DNA of 64,000 bases, from positions 4,836,001 to 4,900,000 of the forward strand of contig NC_047062.1 of NCBI RefSeq assembly GCF_902459465.1, in the 5' to 3' direction. Numbering within the stretch: the stretch's first letter is position 1; the number at the start of each line of letters is the position of its first letter. The notes beneath the pieces are model-generated. The model searched no databases. It saw only the letters and a list, made by a program, of their open reading frames with translations, and was not told the origin of the DNA. Positions 23,898-36,480 of this stretch are shown here, piece after piece. A program made the position numbers and the translations under genes. This DNA comes from Asterias rubens (taxonomy: Eukaryota).

Positions 23898-26805
23898 ATG
23901 GCATCTTTAAAAATGGTGCTGAGTGCTGGGATGCTTTCGTTCATCCTCATCTCCTGCCTTGTTGTTGTTGAGGCTGGTGACAAGCCTAAGAAGCTCCAGA
24001 TCGGCGTCAAGAAGAAGGTGGAAAACTGTGACCGGAGATCCAAAGCTGGTGATTCCTTGCATATGCATTACACAGTAAGAAAGAAACAAAATCATCATCT
24101 AGATCTGAACTTGTGGATGAATTATCCCACTTAATATGGTGTTCATGCACCTTTTTTTTGTCTATATAAGGTTTTTATTTCCATTTTGCTTTTTAAATTT
24201 AAAGGCAGTGGACACTATTGGTAATTACTCAAAATAATTATTATCATAAAACCTTTCTTGATTACGAGTACTATGGAGAGGTTGTTAGTATAAAACATTG
24301 TGAGAAACGGCTCCCTCTGAAGTAATGCCTTAGGCAGTGGACACTATTGGTATTTACTAAAGCATAATTATTAACATAAAAACCTACTTCGTTTCGAGGA
24401 ACGGAGAGCTGTTTATAGTATAAAACATTGTGAGAAACGGCTCCCTCTGAAGTGACGTAGTTTTCAAGAAAGAAGTAATTTTTCACAAATTTGATTTTGA
24501 GACCTCAGATTTAGAATTTGAGGTCTGGAAATCAAGCATCTAAAAGCACACATATTCGTGTGACAAGTGTTTTTTCTTTCATTATTATCTCGCAATTTTG
24601 ACGACCGATTGAGCTCAATATTTTAGCAGGTTTGTTATTTTATGCATATGTTGAGATACACCAACTGTGAAGGCTAGTCTTTGACAATTTCCGATAGTGT
24701 CCAGTGTCTTTAACTGGTGTACTTTTCTTATACTGTTTCTTTGTAATTTCTAATAAATGCCATTTTTAGTTACAACAGACTGTTCCTGGAGAGAGTACAA
24801 TATGAATTCAATAGATTGTTTTATAGAAAGGTCCTGCTGATACACCACATCGATACATATGCATCTGATGTTTTGACTATTATGAGCTGAACCATTCACC
24901 CTTGGTGGACTTATGTTGATTTAGAGCCCACCATTAAAATTGGTCTAGGTACAGCACTGGTGGTATGTTTTGTATTGACATCATATGGGTGCTGTAGAGA
25001 TTTGGACTCGTTGGTGTTTCTCGGCTGAACTTGTAAAATTCAGTTGGAAGTTTTTCAGGTTCTGATGTTTGAGGTTTATTTTGAGTAATTACTGAGCCAT
25101 CAGCCAATAAATGTTTCCAACCCTACTTTTTTTCTAATTGATGACTTGACTTTTTAAAAAATTTTTATATATTGTTTTTTGTTTAATTCCAGGGCACACT
25201 ACAAGATGGAACCGAGTTTGACAGCAGCATTCCAAGGGGAAGTCCATTTGTTTTTACTCTTGGCGCAGGCCAGGTGATCAAAGGCTGGGACCAGGGCCTA
25301 CTCAAGTGAGTATTCAGTAGCTTTAGGTCTTAGACCATAGTGGCTGCAAGCGGCTTCAACCAAAATGCACAGAGAGGCTGCAAACAACTGCAAAATTTGA
25401 AGAAATTTTGCACAAATAAGAGGGTCAACAAAAAGGTATTGGACCGAATTGACAGTTTCCATTGTTTCCTGTGTAAACACATAATCTACAATGCTAAAAC
25501 AAAACCATGTATTTCTGATTCTTTTGAATTTCTTGACATTTTCCCTGAAAGTAACGGTGCAAAATATTAACAAGATTAGCAATGTCTGGGCTGGGCATAT
25601 GGTGATGATTATACAGAAATGAGTGGTCTCTAATGGTTAATTGGTTTGGTGACACGGTGACACCTGTTGGCAAGGTACTTCAATTTATTTTCCTTGGTAA
25701 TAAGAAAGTGCATCAGTATCTTATTTGTTAAAGGTACTGTACTTCTATTCACAATGTTGCTTAACATCAGCACAGAATTAGCCCTCTCACAGTTGTATAT
25801 CAACGTGCGTCGCAACTCACAGTATTTTAAATCTGGATGTTGTGGTTCTTCCATTGTTTTTCAAAATTATTATTATGTATTTGGCCAGTGAAACAAAAGA
25901 ACAACATACAGGCAGTAAAAATAACATCAAACTATTATTGGGTATGCAAGAAACTTGGCCAATGAAAGCACCCACGTATGGGTGGTCAAAGATTTGATCA
26001 ATTTGAAATGGGTCTCCTGGTTTGTGAAACCTTTTGAGAATGTATGTTTGTCACAGCACCATAGGAATCCACTGTATTCATTGTATTCACACTATGACTA
26101 TTATATCTGATAATATTACTGTATAATGTTGATCATGGTGCATGCAATGAATGTATTTGTTCATTACATAATTTTCAGCATGTGTGTTGGAGAGAAGAGA
26201 AAACTAGTTATCCCATCTGACCTAGGATATGGAGACCGGGGATCACCTCCCAAAATCCCAGGTGAGTGCCCCTCCCCCCCTTAATCTGTTTTGAGGTTAA
26301 CTAGACAAACATATTTATGAATTTCTTTTAAAGGCACTGGACACGTTTGGTAATTGTCAAAGACCAGTATTCTCACTTGGTGTATCCCAACATATGCATT
26401 AAGTAAGCTGTGAAAATTGGGCTTAATTGGTCATCAAAGTTAAAAGAAAGTAATAAAAAGAAAAAATACCCTTGTTGCCCAAGTTTTTGTGCTTTCAGAT
26501 GCCTTAAAAAGCTTCAGGCCCGAAGGCTTTCTCAGATTCAAATAATTTAGTGAGAAATTACCTCTTTCTTAAAAACTATGATTTCTCCGTTTCTCACATT
26601 GTATTATGGTATCAACTGCTCTCCGTTGCTTGATATCAAGTAAGTTTTTACGCTGATATTTATTTTGAGTAATTACCAAATGTGTCCAGTGCCTTCTGTG
26701 TGAAGTTAATGATGAAAATACTATCCTGTATCGTTTTTTCCAGGGGGTGCCACTCTTGTCTTCGAAGTAGAGCTGATGAAAATTGACAGGAAGAAGGAGC
26801 TATAA
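23898..26805 (+). CDS. FKBP2: FKBP2/FKBP13-like peptidyl-prolyl isomerase, copy B, 144 aa, ending in KKEL
   Basis: Exons 23898-24074, 25193-25305, 26179-26261, 26744-26805; 435 nt. Same intron positions as copy A; ends [13 protein letters not shown]-stop. Non-coding exon 1 donor at 23065/23066. Confidence 0.95.
24199..24713 (-). mobile_element. TTAA MITE family 1, specific to FKBP2-B, with an internal duplication of one end
   Basis: TTAA-bounded; GGCAGTGGACACTATTGG occurs twice; absent from the matching intron of copy A. Confidence 0.85.
26328..26695 (+). mobile_element. TTAA MITE family 1 in FKBP2-B intron (same site as 19370-20216)
   Basis: Same intron position as in copy A, so it predates the duplication. 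Confidence 0.8.
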
Positions 26806-28906
26806 CCAGTCCCCAGCTGAGCTTAAAATCAGGCCTTATTTCTTAATACTCAAAACTAGAAGCATTGATAGCATTAGTGCAATGACTCGGAAGGGTTTTT
26901 CTATTTGAATCCTCTTGCTTCCTGTATCATCTGCAAGTAACAGGCATGCACCTTTTCATTAAAAAAAAGTGCCATAGAAAACTGAAAAACACTAAAAAGG
27001 TTAATTGTGATCGGCAATTCCTCTCTCTTTTTTTTTGCAATTAGAAAGTTGCATGTCAAGTAAGCCGACAGACAAGGATTTATTCTCATACTCTCAACAT
27101 CATCATCAGTGTAAAACTTGGTTGTGCCATATTTGAGAGTCATTGTAACCGTGTGTTATAATGGTGTTGTGTACATTTTAGGCCATGCAACTCTTCACTC
27201 ACACACTTTGATTCCCAAAATTTGACTCCCAAAATGGCGAGCAGACAGAAGCAGAGTGTAATGTTGATGCAAAGGGTGAATAAGGGAAAGCACCGATGCT
27301 CAGTCAATGACTTTCAGATGCTATATAGCAGAGGTACAAATTAATTTTGCACACTATTTTTTTTGGAATAATGGAATTGTTTAGTAAATTAGGTTCCATT
27401 TGTGACTCCGACAGTCTGTCTCCCAAAGAGACGGTTTCATTAAGAGATAAACAGAGACATTGATATTAGATGGAGTTCTTTACAAGGAGAGAAGAAACAA
27501 AAGGGTTCTGTTTTACATTATTTTTGTCACCTTATCTCGATTGGAAGCAGTTACAGCTCAAGAACAGTTTACATTCTGCATTCATTTGTGGTAATGCATC
27601 AAGGAGAATTGTCCAATTGTAGCAATAATAATATTATGAGATCAGTTTTTGTATTGAATAAATATTGGAAGAGACTAAATTGATTTGGTCTTAGATCTTT
27701 AGACTCGAGTTCAGTCTTCCTCTTTGATGCGAATTGTTTGTGTTGTATCACTTTTAATATTATTGATTTATATTCATCAGCGATTCTCAAGTTTGATAAA
27801 AGAGTATTAAAACTACTACCTTTTTTCGTAAAAAAAATGAAGGCCAATAAAAAGAAACTACGATTGATAACCAGAATGGTAAAAGGCCTGTTGGATTCCA
27901 GATTTTTCTCAAATTAATTCCCTTCTGATTGATTTTTTTTATTTTTAGGAGGCACCCCGTTGAGGTCAAGGGCTTATTTTGAAGAAAAGGTTAAGCACAA
28001 ACCTTGCCAGAAGTGCCCACTAGACAAAAATGGTGCACCTGTTGTGTGCCCCTCTTACCCTAGCTACGCCGCTGTCCAATTCTAAGGAATAGGTCGACAA
28101 AAACTTGCATGGATATAATACATTGTATTGAAAATGTCACTGCCTCTAAAACATGGAAAACAGTTTCCGATTGTTTAAAATATTTATTTTGATCATCTGA
28201 AACCTTCATTGTTCGTTATTATGTAATTATAAAAACCACAAAATATATATATATATACTCTTGCACAAATGTTTTAGGCTGGGTAGGGGTAATTTCTATG
28301 GGATTTAATCTCTATAAACCCAAAATAAAAAGGTTCAAACATACAGGTTTTTAATCTCTGCGCTAACGTGCTATGTAAACCCTACAACATAAAAGGTCTG
28401 GCAATTAACCAGAAACAAATTGTTGGTTTCATACTGAAGGCCCCCTTTGATTACCAATCTCACACACAATTTCCATTTGAACCACTGTCAAAGTCGAGTA
28501 ATGGAAGTGGATTGAAGTGCCCCCAAATCACCGTTGTTCATTATGACTGTCAATGCAGGTACATGAATGAACATAAAATCCTTTTCGGAACATACATTTT
28601 TTGGTGTTTCCTTGAAAAAAGTTTACTTTGAGTTCATGAATAGAAATCGTTACACATTGAACTTAATGTACATAATGTACATGATGATGTATAAAAACAA
28701 AGATGAAAACTGGGATGTGTAGATGAGCTCGCTGGAGCTCGGCACACACTGGCATGTGACACATACTGGCAGAGTGCACAAGTGGCTGCACTCCAGGAAT
28801 GACAATTTCGTTAATTTATCCTCTCCTTGGTTTGAGTCCCACTCCAGTCAATCATCCTTTTGTTGTCACTTTTCTCCATTCATCAGCCAATAACAAACTG
28901 CTTCTC

Positions 28907-31900
28907 CTAGTGTTTCTTCGTTTGCAGATTTTGTTGATCCATTATCCCTCGATACGCTAGGAGCATCAGAACTGTTGAACCGCCTGAGAAAAAACATCAT
29001 GGGAGCAAAGGCAGAAGTTCATTAATTGTCACTTTTTGGGAACGAAATTACAAAATCTGATCTCAAACTTCCATATTATGGGGTATTCAATTTTTTGGGG
29101 GAAAGTGTGGGGAGAAATTTAAAATTCAGCGGTTTCTTTAATCTGAAGCGATAGCTGTAGCTACCAATTTGGACACGGCCTACCTGTGTTGTGATATTTG
29201 TAATGAGTGCTATTAAATCAATTCTGTCTGTCTGTCTGTCTGTCTGTCTTTGTCTTATGATCTCCCATCAATGAAACTCGGCAAACTCCCACAGGGGATA
29301 TAGGCCTGAACACCAAGCTGGCACCAGCCAGTCTCTCTAGAATAAACGGTGGTTAAACATCTATGATTATCTGTATCTGTATATTAATTTGGGTTTTTAC
29401 CCATACACTGATGTGTGCTAGCAATGTTTACTCGGTACTTTCCCTGAGTCCTGTGAAAAAATATCACAGGCATATTACTCGGGTGGGATTCGAACCCCAG
29501 CCCTTGCAATTCTAGAGCAGTGTCTTACCAACTAGACTACTGAGGTTGCCCGGTAGCTAGAGGCAGTTTGAATCCTATGTTTTGGCAGCGGGTACCGCAA
29601 CGTAATAACAGATGTTAAATTTGCATCGGGGATAAAGAATATTAATTTGGGTTTTTACCCATACACCGATGTGTCTGTATAGTTGAGCCGGCAAAAAAAA
29701 ATGTCTAAAGACACATCACACCAGCTTTGTACATTGTGTGGATGGGATGGCTTAATTTTTGAAGTGCTTTGTGAGAGTAATCACGCGACCGGGTAAGGCA
29801 TTCCAGTCTTTGATGGTGGCCGGAAAACAAAATTATGAGTTGGTACAAATCAAGAAATTGTGATTCAGTGACTAAACAACAAAACTTGTTTCAGTCACAG
29901 TAATTAGCTTGGTAGGATTCGAACCCACAGCCTTGCGACTGCAAGTCCTGCAGTCTAACCACTGGCCCACGCACGGTGTGGGAGATACATTTTATATTTT
30001 AGATATCATTGTATGGGCTTGGCTGTAACATTTTAGTGAATGTTCAACTTTTTTAAAGGGCTGGCCTCTTCCCAGTGCCTCATAATAGATTGACAAGAGA
30101 AAGAAGAGAATGAAAATTGCTAGAGAAGGGCTTCACCAAACAAAGAATGATTGAATACTTGATGACGAGCTGTTTCCTAAAACTAAAAAGTACAAACCTG
30201 CCACAATAAGTGGGGATATGACTCCAGCTGAAAGTTCCACTGTTTTGAATATCAGCAACTCTGAAGCAAAATAAGCGAAGGCTAGCACGAAGGAATACGT
30301 TGTGGCGAAGTATAACCTGTAAGTAGGATGGGAGGAGATCATACAGTATTAAAGGCAGTGGACACTATTGGTAATTACTCAAAATAATTATCATCACAAA
30401 ACCTTTCTTTATAACCAGTAATGGGGAGAGGTTGATAGTATAAAACGTTGTGAGAAACAGCTCCATCTGAAGTGCCATAGTTTGCGAGAAAGAAATAATT
30501 TTCCACGAATTTGATTTCGAGACCTCAAGTTTAGAACTTGAGGTCTCGAAATCAAGCATCAGAAAGCACACAACTTCGTGTGACAACGGTTTTTCTTTCT
30601 TTCATTATTATCTTGCAACTTCTACAACCGATTGAGCTCAAATGTTCACAGGTTTGTTATTTTATGCATGTTGAGATACACCAAGTGAGAAGACTAGTCT
30701 TCGACAATTACCAATAGTGTCCAGTGTCTTTAATCTAAAGTACATGTAAATGTATAAGAAATGAAAAAGGCAGATAAAAAACAGTTTTTCCAAATCCAGA
30801 ATTAGGGGGATCAAAAGATACAATGACACTCCTTGTCAAAGGAGGCCACTATTTGCAGGCAACTTGGAGGCAACCAACTACAGTGCATGATACAAAACTA
30901 CTTCGGTAGCAAATGAGTCCTTTTTGCACATTGTCTTTTCATCCACAAGAAAAATAGGTGAACAATGAAATGTGAATGGCCTTTCTTTCTTCTTGAAAAT
31001 TGCCTGGAACCGGTTGCCTGGAACCGGTTGCCTGGAACTGGTTGCCTGTAAATTGCCTGGAACCGGTTGCCTGTAAATTGCCTCATGTGACATGGCCCTA
31101 ACAATCATTTTGCAACAACTACGGAACAGAATACTTCAGTGTTTTGGTTGACAAGTTACAAAAGTCATGTGCGACACCACAGAGCTCAAATTGGTGACTA
31201 TCCTGGCCTACAATAGCCTTGTCCAAGGCTCTTTACTCAAGCACCGGCCCGCTCTGAATTCACAAACTGCATAGATACTATACTGCACGGAACACAACTG
31301 CACTTGATACCGTGGGGTCGAAGCATGGCTTTCTGAGGTATCAACGAGGTTACAACGAGGCCTAAGCAAACTCGTTGTACGAGGTACAACAACCTCGAAA
31401 AACCTTGCTTTGACCCCATGGTATCAAGTACTGTTATGTACCATGTAGTATAGTTTCTATGCAGTTCGTGAATTCAGAGAGAGAGCAGTGGCTGGTGCTT
31501 GCGTAAAGAGCCTTGGACAAGGCTAGGCCTACAGTAGCTAGTCAAGGAAGCAGTAGGCCGTTTCAAACTTTTTGAGTCGACACCTTTAGTTGTGCAAAAG
31601 TCTGTTTACTTAAAAATGTAAAAAGAATTACACCAAAGTAACAAAGAGTTTTCTGTATTAACATAGCATAACAATAACCAGCTCCACCCCCTTCGTCTCC
31701 CTATTTGTTGTCTACCCCTTGTTTTTCTGTGTACTTTCCTCCCTCCTTCTCTCTCTATGTATTTCCACTTTGACTGTTTCTGCTTACACCTGTTCCAGAG
31801 AAGACTCTGCTAGGGTTGAAATCGTCAGGCCCATTTTTTTGCAACATTACACACTCTATTAAACTTACGGTTTACTGGTGATAAATACAGCACAGAGAAT

Positions 31901-32720
31901 CCTCACTACACCAGCCAGACAAGTCCAGGTTCCAAACAGTCTGCCAAGGGCTGGAGTCACTGGATTAACACATTTCAAAAATAACATTACAATTAAATAC
32001 CAAAAAAATATTTTCTAAATGTTGTACATTTAGTTCTATATTCAATTTCTCTAGTATTGTGACCCCTTGTAAGAAGATATTCTATTGGGTTAGAAAGAAA
32101 GGTGGCTCTATGAAATAGTGATTTTTTTTCGTTATTTGACGTTGTTTTATTTAATGACAACAAGAGTGTAACCTGGTCTTCACTGTGTGGTAATGATCTT
32201 GCTTGTGGCTGGTTGGGCCCGGTCCATTAACAGCTGCCAGCCACCAACCTGTTAGGCATCATTACCACTCAGTGAAGACCAGGTTATTGCTGGTCGCTGA
32301 ATAATGGACCTCATTTTGGATCGGTCCGATAACAGCGGCCAGCCACCAGCCCTGTCATTACCACTCATTGAAGACCGGCTCATTGATGACAGGCCGCTGA
32401 ATAATGGACCTCATTTTCGGATCGGTCCAATAACAGCGGCCAGCCACCAGCCCTGTGGTGACTTGCCGCTGTTAATGTACCTCATTTTCAACTCAGTCCA
32501 TTAACAGCGGCCAGCCAGCAACCCAGTGAAGAGTCATTACACAGCAGATTAAGCATTTCTGTTTAGCAAATGGCCTTAACCGTCCATTGTTTTTACCTGA
32601 GTCCTTGTCCAAAGTGTAAATTCTTTCTGCTAGGAAGGAGCTATCAATGAAGCTTTGCAATGATGTGACTATGGCTGTGAGACCCACAATGCCGACCCAA
32701 ACACGAACAAGGCTCTTCAT
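28907..32720 (-). CDS. ERG28: Ergosterol biosynthesis protein 28 homologue (C14orf1), 136 aa
   Basis: Exons 32720-32597, 31959-31869, 30316-30198, 28983-28907; phases join to 411 nt. Translation MKSLVRVWVGIVGLTAIVTSLQSFIDSSFLAERIYT...LGRLFGTWT...LAFAYFASELLIFKT...ISPLIVAG follows the ERG28 pattern (LQSF, RTFGIWT, HFLSELFVY, PLMVA). Confidence 0.9.
29381..29673 (-). mobile_element. tRNA-derived SINE-like repeat, partly tandem
   Basis: Minus strand has an A-box-like TAGTCTAGTTGG and B-box GGTTCGAATCC; the body matches copies at about 35000-35232 and 49730-49905. Confidence 0.75.
30349..30733 (-). mobile_element. TTAA MITE family 1, full length
   Basis: TTAAAGGCAGTGGACAC...GTGTCCAGTGTCTTTAA. 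Confidence 0.88.
30995..31085. repeat. Short tandem repeat TTGCCTG(GAACCGG/TAAA)
   Basis: About 7 units in ERG28 intron 2. Confidence 0.85.
31214..31525. mobile_element. 312-bp fold-back MITE in ERG28 intron 2
   Basis: TIR TAGCCTTGTCCAAGGCTCTTT / AAAGAGCCTTGGACAAGGCTA with further internal symmetry; flanks GGCCTACAA / GGCCTACAG (9-bp TSD, 1 mismatch). Confidence 0.85.
32175..32540. repeat. GC-richer tandem repeat of about 100 bp with internal hairpins in ERG28 intron 1
   Basis: Repeated GGTCC(A/G)ATAACAGCGGCCAGCCACCAGCC and GCTGAATAATGGACCTCATTTT blocks. Confidence 0.75.
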
Positions 32721-33196
32721 CTTCAACAATGGCGAGGAGTCAAAGTTTAGACTAACACTACAGTAGAAGGTTTTTCAAGCACAAAACCTGTTTTAGAGTA
32801 AGATTAATATTTCCAGTAACAATTAGCTCAGTACTAAACTAGTAAATCACAATGCCCAATAAATTGAAACTGCATATCATGCACACTGTCGCCCATTTAC
32901 TAGTTTAAAGTTGCTGGTGGTAGGATAAAGCGATACAGCACCTCCATGGTACCAGCTAGCTGCGCTAACTTAACCCTCCTCCCGATAGCGAACTTTCGGC
33001 TAGGTACCAGCATGATTGGGCTGTGTTTTTTGTAACACAAATCATACCAAACTATTTAGTATTTATCTTAGCCCGTTAGAGAGCATGGAGGTAGAACTAG
33101 AAGAGCAAGCAAGTCTATACAAGTTTGAGTCTCAATAATTAGTATATTGCATCGGTGCCAGCATTGTTATTTGGTAACATATCAAAAGGGGTATCG

Positions 33197-33605
33197 GTCA
33201 ACTCGGTCCCAAGCCAACTCGGTCCCAGTCAACTTGGTCATAAGTCAACTCGGTCCCAAGTCAACTCGGTCCCAAGTCAACTCGGTCCCAAGTCAACTCG
33301 GTCCCAAGTCAACTCGGTCCCAAGTCAACTCGGTCCCAAGAAGACAGGGAAGCTTGCACACCGAGTTGACTGGGACCGAGTTGACTGGGACCGAGTTGAC
33401 TTGGGACCGAGTTGACATGGGACCGAGTTGACTTGGGACCGAGTTGACTTGGAATTGGGACCAAGTTGATTTGGGACCGGGTACCGAGTTAACTTGGGAC
33501 CGAGTTGACTTGGGACCGAGTTGACTTGGGACCGAGTTGACTTGGGACCGAGTTGACTTGGGACTGAGCTGACTTGGGACCGAGTTAACTGGGACCGAGT
33601 TGACT
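33197..33605. repeat. Two inverted arrays of the 16-mer GTCAACTCGGTCCCAA
   Basis: Forward units at 33197-33340, a 20-nt spacer, reverse units at 33361-33605. Confidence 0.92.
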
Positions 33606-33624
33606 CATAAGCATCAAAAGTACT

Positions 33625-33740
33625 TAGCCCACCTTGTTGAGCTGTTAATGGCTCCGCTTTTAACATCGGTCTCATCAATGGTGACAGTGATGAGACCGAT
33701 GTTAAAAGCGGAGCCATTAACAGCTCAACAAGGTGGGCTA
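33625..33740. mobile_element. 116-bp hairpin MITE with 10-bp TSD
   Basis: Perfect 53-bp arms (TAGCCCACC...GGTGGGCTA) around a 10-nt loop; CAAAAGTACT on both sides. Confidence 0.9.
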
Positions 33741-34999
33741 CAAAAGTACTGTACACAAACAAGCAAGATTTAATAAATTATCATCAAGCCAACTTAAGGT
33801 AGAAATCCTACCTCCATGGTTTGATTGGTGGTAACAATAACTGTGAACAGGGTGACAATATTCTGATTTGGCACGGTCCATCCACCACACCTTACTCAAG
33901 TTATATTTTACTGGGAATCCTTGCACTGTAATACCATGGAGCTCTCCATGGTTACTTGGTAAATACCATTTGACTCTGACTTTGGGCTGATGTTGTTAAT
34001 GTTAATAATGTTAGTCAAGTCTGCTTGAAGATAAATTCGTGAACACGATGCAATGTATTGCATGCTCATCATCTTAAATGGTCTATGCATCAATGTAGGG
34101 TCCAAGCTGCGTGCACTTCACAACATACCGACCCCAAAACTCCCCAAAACAGGGATGACAACTGACAAAGTGTTGGCCTACTTACCTTTTCGGTGGCTGG
34201 TGGTCCCAGGGTACTTCACTCGTCTAGTGCGCCTGTAAATTGGTGGTGTGTCCGGAGCCGGCTTTAGTCTTGGTTCAACACCCTCCCATTATGCATACCC
34301 GGTCTATTATTGCCACTATGACTATTTGAGGGCGCTCTCACTGTAACACACGGCTCTGAACAGACCACTCAGAGCCGTATATCAACATAACTTATACACA
34401 TAATTTGCAAAAATATAAGCGATGCTTATTCACGATATCACAAAAAACAACAGCGATGGAACTTGACCGCAGGAGTTAAGATAATAAAAAACAATAGCGT
34501 CTTGAACCAAGCCTAGCCGGGCTCTTGTTTACATGCTGCTCCCTCTCACACGTGCGCAGAGTCCGAGTTGTGCATGGCTGGCGCCAGCAACGACGGGATA
34601 AGGCATTTGGTTGGTTGGCTTACACTTCACTGGAAACGGGTCCGCCCTCAGATTTAATATTATTTTTTAAAACACCGTACCGATTGACACATTCCTCCCG
34701 AAGTGTATTTTTTAGTCTTAAAAATAGTTACTCGCGAATTAATTTGCGACTGAATTAATCTGCGCAATCTGGTCAGACCAGCGAGGAGGGGGGGGGGGGG
34801 GGGGCTGAGAGCAAAGAAGAGTACAAAACGTATTATTGGTTTACAATCAATATACATAATATGTGGTTTAACAGAGACGGCCATTCATTCATTTATCGAT
34901 TCATTACAGGTTCGTTTATTTATGGCAGCCTTGTGCTGAATTGCATCATGGCGTACATCGAGTCATTTAGATATAGTTATAAACACAGTCAAAAATAAT

Positions 35000-35232
35000 A
35001 GATGTTAAATTTTGCATCGGGGATAAAGAATATTAATTTTTGTTTTTACCCATACACCGATGTGTGTTAGCACTGTATACTCAGTACTTTCCCGAGTCCT
35101 GTGAAAAAATATCACAGGCATGTTACTCGAACCACGACCCTTGGTCGTGGGTTCGAATCCCATCCGAGTAACATGCCTGTGATATGTTTTCACAGGACTC
35201 GGGAAAGTACTGAGTATACAGTGCTAACACAC
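35000..35232. mobile_element. Rearranged (self-inverted) copy of the tRNA-derived SINE
   Basis: About 67-bp SINE body segment present in both orientations (35062-35128 and 35165-35232) around a B-box. Confidence 0.75.
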
Positions 35233-35399
35233 AGTCAAAAATGGTAATGTGCACATGACACAAATGAAGCAACGTCTGCTACCCCCCCCCCCACAAAACC
35301 AACAAACACCCCAACACCCCAACGAACACCCAACAAACACCCCAACAAACAGAAAACAAACAAACAAACACCCAAACAAACAAACAAACACCCAAACAA

Positions 35400-35575
35400 N
35401 NNNNNNNNNNNNNNNNNNNNNNNNNNNNNNNNNNNNNNNNNNNNNNNNNNNNNNNNNNNNNNNNNNNNNNNNNNNNNNNNNNNNNNNNNNNNNNNNNNNN
35501 NNNNNNNNNNNNNNNNNNNNNNNNNNNNNNNNNNNNNNNNNNNNNNNNNNNNNNNNNNNNNNNNNNNNNNNNNNN
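35400..35575. other. Assembly gap (N run) after a CA-rich low-complexity tract
   Basis: 176 N. Confidence 1.
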
Positions 35576-36078
35576 ATCATCCACAAATATTTTTTTTAGT
35601 AACTAAAATGGAAATTATAGTGTACCATGCGACAGACAAATACAAATAAACAGTAACAAACAACACGAAACAAAACAGTAAATCAATTTGAGAGTGTGAT
35701 AGCAATAATTAACGAAAGGGCCCTTCTCCTGAAATACTGCTGATAGTTTTGCAGTGTATTTTACACGCAAAAACTGCATGCATCAGGACAGTCTTGAAAT
35801 CAAGTCGGTAATTGCTTAAAAGCGCGGTGTGGCCACGGGGACGGTACACTCATCTCCCAGATTGTGTGTGAGTATAGCAGCAGAAACACAAGAGACATTC
35901 TTTGCAACAAGTGTACTACTGCCCCAAAGAAAATTATGTGAACATTCAAAATGTGATTTCATTTACAACAAAATAAATATAAAACAAATATAATAGTAAG
36001 GGTGAAAAAAAGTCATATAAAGGAGAAGTATAACTCCTCCTAAGAAACGAAAACACCAAACAATTATTGAATAAGTAT

Positions 36079-36300
36079 TATAAAGTTTATCTTATGAGAG
36101 TTGAGGCATTGCATGGTGAGTTATCAATACACATTATTTGATTTGCGGATTGCGGCAACACCATTGTGTATTATTTGCCAGGTAGAGAAAGTTATAAAGT
36201 TTATCTTATGAGAGTTGAGGCATTGCATGGTGAGTTATCAATACACATTATTTGATTTGCGGATTGCGGCAACACCATTGTTTGCCAGGTAGAGAAAGTT
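36079..36300. repeat. Near-perfect tandem duplication of about 114 bp downstream of LC8-1
   Basis: TATAAAGTTTATCTTATGAGAGTTGAGGC...GCCAGGTAGAGAAAGTT occurs twice. Confidence 0.9.
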
Positions 36301-36480
36301 GTCCTGCTTTAAATTCTACTACCGCGGATTAGATTTTCGGAAGTCGGGAACCTACTCAGTTCAGGACAAGGAGTGGTTTAAAACAACGACGTTTCTTTCA
36401 GTCCGCTGTGAGTGTCTTCACGGGTGGCCCCTGACTTTTTTTTTTTTAGAGTTATGCGTCACACAACGTTGATGAACTAT

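Noticed and set aside
29905-29975. tRNA-like sequence on the minus strand with A and B boxes
   Set aside because: Acceptor and anticodon stems do not pair canonically; better read as a SINE head or pseudogene.
33147-33762. ORFs with repeated STRSQVNSVPSQLGPK
   Set aside because: These are translations of the 16-mer minisatellite.
33738-34105. Short minus-strand ORFs upstream of ERG28
   Set aside because: No recognisable domain or consistent splice sites; possibly decayed repeat.
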